The notes below the pieces were generated by a model that searched no databases, was not told the origin of the DNA, and saw only the letters and a list, made by a program, of their open reading frames with translations. The position numbers and the translations under genes are program-made. A DNA stretch of 63,200 bases, counting the filler, from Bipalium vagum (taxonomy: Eukaryota): the NCBI GenBank assembly GCA_037834085.1. It is 3 parts of 3 records of this genome, joined end to end, with 100 filler letters (N's around TTAATTAATTAA, not from the genome) between each part and the next. Parts side by side here need not be neighbours in the genome. Positions count along the whole stretch, not along the records: positions 1 to 21,816 come from JBBMKC010231843.1; 2 more parts are not named here. The stretch is one strand, 5' to 3'. This document shows, piece by piece, positions 1 to 9,600 of the stretch (positions are counted from its first letter, which is position 1; each line of letters opens with the position of its first letter).

Positions 1-62
1 AAGATAAAATTAAGCAAAACAAAGTGAAGGATTATTTCTTGAACATTATAAAAAAAATCATA

Positions 63-243
63 NNNNNNNNNNNNNNNNNNNNNNNNNNNNNNNNNNNNNN
101 NNNNNNNNNNNNNNNNNNNNNNNNNNNNNNNNNNNNNNNNNNNNNNNNNNNNNNNNNNNNNNNNNNNNNNNNNNNNNNNNNNNNNNNNNNNNNNNNNNNN
201 NNNNNNNNNNNNNNNNNNNNNNNNNNNNNNNNNNNNNNNNNNN
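63..243. other. Assembly gap (N run)
   Basis: 181 consecutive N. Confidence 0.99.
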
Positions 244-438
244 ATATCTTTCTCACAACTTTATAAAATTATGATTTAGAAAATGCAAAGGAAGAATTAA
301 ATAAATTACATGAATTGAAAATGAAAAAGAAATTTAAAGATAATTAAAATAATATATTTTTAAATGTTTTGATTCAAAATTTTAAAAATAAATAAAATAT
401 TAGAATTCCTTTGTAAATATGGAATTAGTTCAACATCG

Positions 439-1151
439 AATTTTGATTCTTGTTTTAATTATGAATTAGGCTTAGTTTATTTCTCAACTTATAACACTAT
501 TTTTAATATCAATAAAAATATTAATAATAGTATAAGTTTATGATTAAAGATAGCAAAGGTAATCAGGTTGATAATACAATATCATTACTTCCAGGTGCAT
601 ATAAAATTTCTGAGATATCTAAAACAATATAAAATGATATAAAATATAATTCGAAATTAGAGGAATTAAAAGATAAAGAATTTTATATAAAAATTAAAGC
701 ATATCCTATATCTTCAAATTGTGTGATGAAAATAAGAAAAGATTGTAAAGTTGATTTCCTATGGTCAAATCTCTTAAAACTCTATCAATTATTTTAGGAT
801 TTGAAACTGAAAAAACTTATGAAGCAGGAATTCATTATTCTATTAGTTAATATTTCTAATATAGAATTATGTTAGAAAGTAGTATTGTAGAAGAAGGATT
901 TTATAATGAAGAAACAACAGACATCGAGACAGAGTCTCTTGTTACTCGTAGTAACATCATTTATGATTTTCCTTCGAATAATGTTCCTAGAGGATATAAA
1001 ATTCTTGAAAGACCAAATTTTCCCATTTATTTTCCTTTGATAATAAAAAAATATAAATGAAATAAAATTTAAAATAATTGATAATAATAAAGAATTAATT
1101 AATTTTAATGATGATGAAATTAGTTTTAGAAGTCATTTAAAACAAGTTTGA
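439..1151 (+). pseudogene. Polinton/Maverick (adintovirus-like) minor capsid (penton) gene remnant
   Basis: Frameshifted pieces translate to NFDSCFNYELGLVYFSTYNTIFNINKN (439-520), ISLLPGAYKISEI (~580-618), SNIIYDFPSNNVPRGYKILERPNFPIYFPL (ORF 869-1060) and EIKFKIIDNNKELINFNDDEISFRSHLKQV* (~1058-1151). These match the characteristic N- and C-terminal motifs of Polinton minor capsid proteins as recalled. A packaging ATPase remnant follows immediately. Confidence 0.72.
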
Positions 1152-1248
1152 ATTAAAACAAAGTCGCATTTAAAACAAATATAAATAACAAATAACAAAT
1201 CGAAAATTAAAAAAATTATATAAAAAACATTGAAAATCTCTGTTATGA

Positions 1249-1521
1249 TTTAATCATCATTCTAATTTACCTAGAATTTTTAGAATTTTAATTATAGGTC
1301 TTTCAGGTTCAGGTAAAACAAATTTATCATATAACATGTTATTTCAAGAAAATAACTTTGATTATGATAATCTAATTATTTTATCTAAGATAACATTTAT
1401 TCAACCTGAATTGAAATACATTAGAGATTGTTTTGATTATGGTTTATCACAATCTTATTTTGATTTACCTTTAAGAAATAATGCAAATGTTTTAATATTT
1501 TTAAAAAATTTCAACAAATGA
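1249..1521 (+). pseudogene. Polinton A32/FtsK-like packaging ATPase, N-terminal remnant
   Basis: FNHHSNLPRIFRILIIGLSGSGKTNLSYNMLFQENNFDYDNLIILSK: Walker A (GxSGSGKT at 1297-1320) in the LPxxxRxLIxGxSGSGKT context typical of Polinton ATPases. Truncated before Walker B. Confidence 0.75.
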
Positions 1522-1699
1522 TATAAATCAAATTTATTCAAAAATGTTAGGAACTTTTATGGAAAAAGAAGAATTTAATTATTTATATAATTTTCATGAG
1601 AGAAAAATAAAAATATTTATTTATAAATTTAGAAGATGAAAAGATTATGTCAACAGCATTTTGATAGTTAATAAAAATGTTTTATAAAAAAATATTTAC

Positions 1700-2900
1700 T
1701 ATCATCTTTATTGTGCGTTTCATTATCATTATATTTATTTTCATTACATTCATCTTCAAAATGATGATTTTCTTTGATAATTTTTTCTAATTCATCGTCA
1801 TCAACATAAATATCAATAGCATAATAATCTTCAATATATTCATCATTAAAATCGTCACCATCAATATATTCATTTTTATTATCATTAATAATTTTATTAT
1901 CTGTATTTTTGAAAAATTCTTCTATAATACTTAATATTAAAACATTTCTTTAGTTTTTCAATAACACTAAGTTTATCATCATTTTTATTATTATAATCAT
2001 TATCATCATAATTATTATATTTATTGTTTTTCTTCTGAAAGCCATCTTTTTTAATGCTACACATATTTTTCACTAAAACGAAGATTATCATCATTATCAT
2101 TATAATCATTTTATTTATCAATTTTTTTACTACAAAAATTTTTATTATTATATAGATTTTTTTCTTTATTTCTACATGCTTTGCATTTATTTCTATTTTT
2201 ATCAAATTCATGTAAAAAATTTTTTTCTAAACAATACCTACATTTTTTATAATTGTTGTTATCTATAACAGACCAATCAAGCTTAATTTTATTCTTTGTT
2301 TTAAATTCTTTTTTTATTTCTTCATTTATAAAACTTTGATATAAGTAAGACTTCGTTTCTATTTCTTTACATAAAGCTTCATTCTTTCATTTTGTGCATT
2401 TTAAACACTATTAGCACAATTTTTAATATGAAAAGTTTTGCAATAATTTTTTCCTGGATAAAATTCATCAAAATTCTTTATTTAAAAAAGTTTATTAAAT
2501 TGTTTTCTTTATTAGATACTTGTATATTTTTAAATTGATTTTTCATTTTACTTTTCAAAATAGTATAATGTTGTAGAGTTACATTATTTAATCCTTAATT
2601 ATATGCATTCTTAATAATTATTTAAATAAGTGTATAAAGATTTACATTTTTATTAACAATAAAAATATTATAAAATGATATATAATTTTCAAAGTTAGGA
2701 CATTTATTAAACGTCTGAAACTCAAACATTTGTGTTGCTTGATTATAAGAATTTGGTATGAAATCAAGTCTTGACATCTCAATAGAACAATCAATATTTT
2801 GATTTATTTCATCTAAAACAAGAATTAAATTAAATTGAAAATCTATTTTATTTTTTATTAATTTAACGTTATTATGTAAAGAATATTCATTCATCAATAT
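1700..2900 (-). pseudogene. Degenerate CxxC-repeat/acidic ORF, probably a Polinton accessory gene
   Basis: KKCRYCLEKNFLHEFDKNRNKCKACRNKE (~2250-2165), a second decayed unit EFDEFYPGKNYCKT (~2480-2435) and a D/E-rich tail. It lies next to the Polinton ATPase and carries many frameshifts. Confidence 0.4.
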
Positions 2901-3139
2901 TTGTATTTGGATTCACCATTTTTTGAAAAAAAATGTGACTTTGTTTATACTTAGTTTTCTACTTTTTAAATTTTATTTTTAAATTTATTTTTAAAATTTA
3001 TTTTTATTTTTACATAAAAAATTAATATAAAAAAATATTATAAAAAGTATTAAATTTTTACTTTTTTTATCCTTTTTTACAAAAAAACCTACATAAGGTA
3101 TTCTAAAAAACATGCAAAAAATATAATTATTTTTTTATT

Positions 3140-3299
3140 ACACGAAGTGTACTACCGTTTACGAATCTTTTTTTGCTCAAAATATGAAAATATAAAATCT
3201 CAAAAATAAAGACAAACCTTCGTAAAGGAAATCGCCACTCCTCTCCTCTCCTACAAACAAAATAAAAAAATGTACGTCCAACGGTAGTACACGTTGTGT
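3140..3299. mobile_element. ~160-bp MITE-like element with ~20-bp imperfect terminal inverted repeats
   Basis: ACACGAAGTGTACTACCGTT (3140-3159) versus the reverse complement of 3280-3299, ACACAACGTGTACTACCGTT: 2 mismatches in 20. No clear TSD. Confidence 0.5.
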
Positions 3300-3314
3300 G
3301 TCAAATAAATAATA

Positions 3315-3475
3315 AATAATTTGCTATTCAAATGATTCAAAATTTTATCTTATGCCAACTTCTTTTCGGGCTTCACCAAGTTTGCCCTGGTCTGCTAGAG
3401 CACCAGTCAGCTCTTAGAACTCGATAGGGATCCGAAGTTAGAAATTCATGTCACCCACAAAATAAATACTTATTT
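3315..3475 (-). pseudogene. EEP-superfamily fragment resembling an inositol polyphosphate 5-phosphatase (pseudogenic)
   Basis: One frame reads YLFVGDMNF*LRIPIEF*ELTGALADQGKL...*NFESFE*QII, resembling the GDLNYR...DQL...FxGFxEG motif order. Four in-frame stops. Confidence 0.3.
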
Positions 3476-3982
3476 CTTTTCGTAATTATATAATTTTCGT
3501 TAGCCAGATGTAATTTGATAGCTCAATAACCTATAAGATCTTCGGTGATTTGTTCCTCAAAAATATACAGTCACTATAATCACCAGTTTAATAATTCAAA
3601 AAGTCACTGGAGCTCTTCATTTGAGAATTGACTTTGTAGCAATACAGTAGCTCTGTTATAGGCAAAAAGAAGGAGAATTTATCCATTTTTCATTACCCTA
3701 AATGTACAGGTCCGTAATTGATTTATTCCCAAAGCCCTTTAGAGGCAAAAGCGATAATTAATATTTTTCTGCTACTGAAGAAGAATGAAAAATAATCTTT
3801 TTTAAAGCAGCAAAATAAAATAAAATTAAAAAAAAAATATTATTATTATTGTGAGGCAAATATTAAGTAGTTGTTTAAGAAAATAATTTAATTCTTAGAA
3901 TAATTAAATTATTTTAAAAAATGACTTGTTTATATAATTGATTTGTAATAAAATACACATTTTGAAAAGCGTCTTGATTTAT

Positions 3983-4715
3983 ACAGGGTCTTCCAAAAGA
4001 AGCTTTACTACTTTAAGTCACTATTTCTCCGTACATAAAAATTAAAAAGTCAAGTAATTTTATTTATACCTTTATTTAAACACAGATATAACAAAAGTTT
4101 ATATTTTAAATATGATGTTTTAAATGACCACACCTGGCAGCCCTACAAGTTTGGGCTATTTTTATGGAATTTTGTATAACTTTTTGGCATAAGTCAATTG
4201 AGATCATAGCAATTTGTTCCGAAATGTTGTCTTTCAGTTGTGTAATAGTTTTTAGTTGATTAATATAAACTTTATCTTTTAGATATCCCCATAAGAAATA
4301 GTCTGGAGCCGTCAAATCGGGAGATCAGGGAGGCCAGTCAACATCACCGAAACGTGAGATCACGCCAGATGGAAAAGTTTCGTGTAATAATGCAATTGTT
4401 TTCCTGTTTTTATGGGATGTGGCACCATCTTGCTGCAAGTAAATATTCTCCAAATTAAAATCATTCAGATAAGGCTTAAGGAATGTTTCTATCATATGTC
4501 GATATCTCTCTCCCGTTACTGTAACTGTTTTACCTGCAGCATTTTCGAAAAAGTATGGACCAATTACACCCCTTGCCCATATTCCACACCATACTTTGGC
4601 GAATGTAATGCTTCTTCCTTCAAAACATAGGGTTGCTTTGTTGCCCAAATTCCACAATTTTGTTTATTAAAAACACCTTCACTCAAGTGAAAATGTCTTT
4701 CATTAGTCATAATGA
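3983..4715 (-). mobile_element. Tc1/mariner maT (DD37D, DUF4817-type) transposon remnant, 3' half
   Basis: IMTNERHFHLSEGVFNKQNC, VWCGIWARGVIGPYFFE, QQDGATSH and WPP*SPDLTAPDYFLWGYLKDKVY. TIR-like TACAGGGT at 3983. Stops and frameshifts. Confidence 0.88.
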
Positions 4716-4867
4716 TTTTTTTCCAAAAATATTAAAACATTCAAATAATTTTATTGATAAACATAAAATAATACACAAAACTGAACGAATTTTTAAAGTG
4801 AAAAATATTTTTTAGAAATTATTATTAAACTGAAGCAAAATCTTTTGAAAAATCTAATAGTAACAAA

Positions 4868-5851
4868 TTATTTGACCTTAATTTGATCTTGATTGTTACT
4901 TTCTGCAGTTCTAAATTTTATCTGTCTAATTCTCTCCGCTGAGAATGAGCTTTTTCCATAAATACCATATTCTTTCATAGCTTCCTCAGAGTTCATATTT
5001 GTTAATCCTTTCGTATTATATTTTAGGAAATGAGATGGAGTAGACCTTGAGAACTGATATGGCCATTTCGGCAAAGGAAAGGTAGCTGGTTTGATATGGC
5101 GAGGCCATGAAAAAGGAAAATCAGAAGTGTGATCTCGATTATCCATATTAGGATTAAGAAATAAATAATTATCCCAGTGTTTATATAAATGATAAACCTT
5201 GTTTCTCTGAGTCCTAATTTCATATTCATTTAATGCTTTATCTACTAAAAGATGATCAGGACCACAACAAGTAATTGCCCGATATGGACCCTTTCCTTTA
5301 TATAAGAATATATCTGACATATGAAAATGAACTTTATATTTGTGAGTTAGTGCCATTAAAAAACGACTATGTGGAAAAGGACCTAATGTTTTGAAAAAAT
5401 TATAAAACGGTTTTGTTTGAGGATAGCCGTTTTGATCACACCATTTAACGAAATCACTTTCAGAAAGTTTTTGTAAATTCAGTTCATAGAAACCGAGAAA
5501 TTGTCTACGAATAGAATCGCAATCTAATACAAAAACCAACCGGAACCACATACCAATTTGTTCATCAAAAAATATACCCATGGTGTATTTGTAATCAAAC
5601 TCATTCTGGTAGCCCATTAATGTTTTTTTTTTATTTTTATTTTTTTTTCGTAAAACCTTATTACGTTTTAGTTTCAGTTTATCAAATATTTTTGAACCTC
5701 CAGAGAGGGTATCGCTCTCATAACTTCCGCTACTTGTGAAATCGGATCCACGGCTTTTAAAAACAAGTTGATCTCCAGAATAAGTAGCCCTGTCAGAAAA
5801 ATTAGCCATAAAGTCGGCTTCTCTTCTTATTTTTCCAAAGCATCCTCCCAT
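4868..5851 (-). CDS. Intronless 327-aa uncharacterized protein with N-terminal MGGC acylation motif, polybasic stretch and possible degenerate KH-like fold
   Basis: 984-nt uninterrupted ORF in very AT-rich DNA. The ORF-track start at 5905 is TTG; the first ATG is at 5851 (gaaATGg context). AATAAA lies on the minus strand at 4755-4750. No transposase or RT motifs. Confidence 0.75.
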   Translation of the reverse strand: MGGCFGKIRREADFMANFSDRATYSGDQLVFKSRGSDFTSSGSYESDTLSGGSKIFDKLKLKRNKVLRKKNKNKKKTLMGYQNEFDYKYTMGIFFDEQIGMWFRLVFVLDCDSIRRQFLGFYELNLQKLSESDFVKWCDQNGYPQTKPFYNFFKTLGPFPHSRFLMALTHKYKVHFHMSDIFLYKGKGPYRAITCCGPDHLLVDKALNEYEIRTQRNKVYHLYKHWDNYLFLNPNMDNRDHTSDFPFSWPRHIKPATFPLPKWPYQFSRSTPSHFLKYNTKGLTNMNSEEAMKEYGIYGKSSFSAERIRQIKFRTAESNNQDQIKVK

Positions 5852-6030
5852 TTCGATTGATATTACATTATTGAGATATGGGGTAATTATATACGTCCAG
5901 CACAATTCATCATCAACCAGTTTTAGTTAAATTAAATTACGGTTAAAAATTCAATAATAAATCAATTTGATGATCAATAACTGCATTCAAGAAAGTTATT
6001 ACATAAAAGAAAACTATTAATGACATAGAG

Positions 6031-6800
6031 CAGGAATGTCAAAATCAGAGTCCCGCGAGGGCCGTAGGAATCAGTTTGTGGTGTCATGAGGGCCACAATG
6101 TGTACAATATAATTTAAGTCGTTAAATAAAAATTATTGCAGAATATTTTTCTTTTATTGGAAATTTAAAAACATGCATTGTTTGGTCGTATTCAAGAATG
6201 TAGACACGAAAGTGCATGTAGTTTAACAAAAATATACAAAGGAAATTAACATGAGATATAAATTTGTTATTTTTTTTAATGTAACGAAAATTTAAAAGGC
6301 AACATAAATGGTCTGCATGTATATGAATACAACATCAACAAGTGCAATGCGAATAAATTACAATAATTCAAAATGGACATTTATTATCAAGTATTTAAAT
6401 ATTTTTCATGTTTGTCCTGACGCTTGACACATCTTGTTCTTGACAATCTTTAATATGTCTGGCTGAAATTTCTGTGTAGTGCCGAGTTTTACGAAAGATG
6501 ACAAGTGATTATCAGTCGACTTAGTTCTCTGAGAAGTTGTTAATTTCATGAAGGAAAATAATTGTTAAATAGTTGGAGCCGAGAATTGCCACAATCCATG
6601 CGGAAAACTTTCTGAAGTTTATAAACCTTTTCGGAAGGTATGGAAAGAAATCGGGTATTCAAACTTCAAAATACTTTGCTTTGAGTAAAGAATCTGACTG
6701 CATTTCTAATAGTTCCGTTTGCAGGCTTTCTTATGCCATGGTAACATCAAATGTAAGCGGCGACGAGAATAACGCAAGCCGATGTTCAAAATATGATTAA
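6031..6800 (-). mobile_element. hAT (SPIN/GTF2IRD2-like) transposon 3' remnant
   Basis: LQTELLEMQSDSLLKAKYF...ILGSNY / QLFSFMKLTTSQRTKSTDNHLSSFVKLGTTQKFQPDILKIVKNKMCQASGQT* matches the hAT dimerization C-terminus (FGSTYxCEQxFS...RSRLTDxHL). Terminus-like CAGGAATGTCAAA...CCCGCGAGGGCCG at 6031-6064. Confidence 0.8.
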
Positions 6801-7148
6801 TCACGATTTTTTTTTAAAGTCCTTTGACAATAATTCCAGGTGACTGTCATACTTGATAAAGCTTATTGCAGACTTAGTATTAGTACTGTTTTTCAGCTCT
6901 TTGTATGTAGGAAAATGAATTAAATTTTCATCAAGACATGTGATTTCCATAATTTCAACTTAGTAATGAAGCATTTGACGTTATCATACAACTTTTAAAC
7001 CATTTTTTATTGTTGATTTACTAATCCAAATTTACTAATCAAATAATTGCCGAAAATTTTTACATTGGTAATCAATATATTAAATTTTATAAATATATTA
7101 ATTTTATACTTAAGTTCTTTTATAAAAACCAAAATATTAGTCTTCAAA

Positions 7149-8426
7149 ATGAGTGATGAAAAATTGTACGTTTGGTGTTGCATAAGATATGAATTTGATC
7201 AAATTGAAAATGCATCCCAAGCATTTAAATCAATGTGTTCCGTTCTTGGTAATAATGCCATTTCCCGCAGTACATGTAAACATTGGTATCGTCTATTCAA
7301 AGACGGAAATTTTGATGTCACTGATCGACCACGTAGTGGTGCTCCACAGATATTGGAATCAGCCAAATTGAAAGACCTGTTGAATGGAAATACAGCCGAG
7401 ACGCAAGCAGAACTCGCTCAACAACTTGCCGTTGATCAAAGAACTGTTGGGAGACGGTTACACGACATGGAAAAAATTCAGAAGGAAGGAAAGTGGATTC
7501 TGCACGAACTTTCTGAAACCAATATTTTATGCCGATTAACAACATGGGTAACCCTTATTGCTTGACAAATACAAAAAGACTTTTTATGGAAAATCTTCAC
7601 CAGAGATTAAAAATGGATTAATTACAATAATCAAAAACACAAACATTTTTGGGTGGACCCTGGAATGCCAGCTACTACAGTTGTAAAAAAAAATATTCAC
7701 AATAAAAAGTACTCTTTTGCATCTGGTGGGATATGAAAGGACCCATTCATTATGACCTCCTCCAAACTGGTGAAATCATTAATGCGGAGCGTTATAGCAA
7801 ACAATTTCTGCATTTGGCTAAACAAATTGAGAAAAAAGACCTTTTTTCGGGCAAGGATCGGGTAAGATTGTCCAGCTACATGACAATGCTAGACCGCATG
7901 TAGCAAAACATGCTCAGGAAACAATTTTACAGTTAGGTTGGGAAGTTCTTCCTCATACGGCTTATTCTCCAGACCTTGCTCCTACAGATTTTCATTTGTT
8001 TCGTTCAATGCAACATGGATTATCCGGATGTCGTTTCAAAAATGTTGACCAGATACGAGATTTTGTCAAGAATTATCTTGCGTCAAAACCAATATCTTTC
8101 TATCGTTCCGGGATTCGCCAATTACCTGAAAGATGGCAAAAAGTGATTTCCAATAAAGGATATTATTTTGATTACTGATTTTTTGAATTCCTGTCGTATA
8201 AAAATTAATATATAACCTTTTTAATATTACAATCATTACTTGTGGTCCTGAAGAGAACTGTTACCTTATTAATAAATTAAAGAATTAATTAATACCCTAC
8301 AAAATAATTAATCATCTTTAAAACAATTATAAATAGTCTATTAAAATAAAACGGAGAAAACTTAATTTAATTCATTTTCAGAAATAATTTTTGAAAATCC
8401 GCAATTTCATACTGGACAACCTAATA
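7149..8426 (+). mobile_element. mariner (DD34D) transposon, near full-length, degenerate
   Basis: ATG at 7149. WYRLFKDGNFDVTDRPRSGAP, GKWILHEL (WVPHEL), TRD*KWINYNN, HDNARPHVA, YSPDLAPTDFHLFRSMQ and GIRQLPERWQKVISNKGYYFDY* (8178). Mariner-type TIR GCAATTTCATACTGGACAACCTAATA at 8401-8426. Confidence 0.92.
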
Positions 8427-9482
8427 TTATTTAATAATTGTAAACTTCTTTAATAATCGAAATACGATCATAGTAAAGTAAAATAAAATGAAAATTGTCT
8501 TTTCAAAATCAAAATGAGAATGCAACAAGTAAAATGAAAATTAAAAATGAGTAAAAAGAGAAAATGGAAAAATTAAATAAGTGAAATACATTACATTTTT
8601 AAATTTTAAAAATGGATGCAAAACAAAATATAATTATTTTGTCAAAAATAATTTGAAACTAATGAATTAAATTAATGGAAGGTAAGAAAATGATTATAAC
8701 AAGATTTAACCATATTACACAAACCTGTTACCAATTTTCTAATCTCAAAGACTGATAAATTAGAAAATCAAAAAGATAAAGATAAAAACCAAAGATAATT
8801 CTAATCGAATTAAAGATGAAGCTATAGAAATGGTTAATGAAAAATTAAATACTTTATTTGATGAAAAAGTTTTAGAAAATAACCCCCTGTATATAAGGAT
8901 GATTATTATAAAAGAATATTTGTTCTTAAAAAAGATATAAAATGCTAAAACGATAAGATCATCAGTTCAGAACTATTTTAAAATTAAATAAGACAAATAT
9001 TACAATTACAAATGACAAGAATGAATTATATTTAGAAAGAATTAAAATGAACAAACGATTTGACAAATAGTTATGATGGAAATTATATATGTAATTAAAT
9101 CTTAAATTATTAAGATTTAATTACATATGTAAAGGGTAGTTTGATTGCTAACCTTTATTGAAAAAATTTAAAAAAACAATGAGATAAGTTAATATCAGAA
9201 ATAAATTATAGAATTAATAAACCCAAACATATACTTGATCTGACTCTATCACCTGCAATTAGTTGTATCAATTTTAAAAAGCTGGTCATGATAATCTTGA
9301 TCATTTAATTTAAAAAATTTTAATAAGTTAAAAACGCAAAAAAAAAACACTTATGATTACTATGAAAATATTAAAGTTAAAATTGATCTAGATTCTGATT
9401 AAAAAATTTATTATAAAATGAAAGCATCTTTACAAAAAATATCAAGTCTTTTATCTCAATAATTTTCAACATTTATCAAGAA

Positions 9483-9600
9483 TCAGATATAACATTAATG
9501 TTTGAAACACCACTAAATTTTGATCCAAATTTTAATTACGAATTAGCTTTAATTTATTTTTCAACATATCATTCTCATTAAAATATTACTGAAAAATAGA
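9483..9600 (+). pseudogene. Second Polinton minor-capsid (penton) 5' remnant
   Basis: SDITLMFETPLNFDPNFNYELALIYFSTYHSH*NITEK, clearly paralogous to NFDSCFNYELGLVYFSTYNTIFNI at 439-520. Confidence 0.65.

Noticed and set aside
5852-5905. N-terminal extension MCWTYIITPYLNNVISIE of the 345-aa ORF
   Set aside because: Begins at TTG; the first ATG (5851) exposes the MG acylation motif.
7149-8178. Domesticated SETMAR-like gene
   Set aside because: Multiple stops and frameshifts and no SET domain; an ordinary dead mariner.
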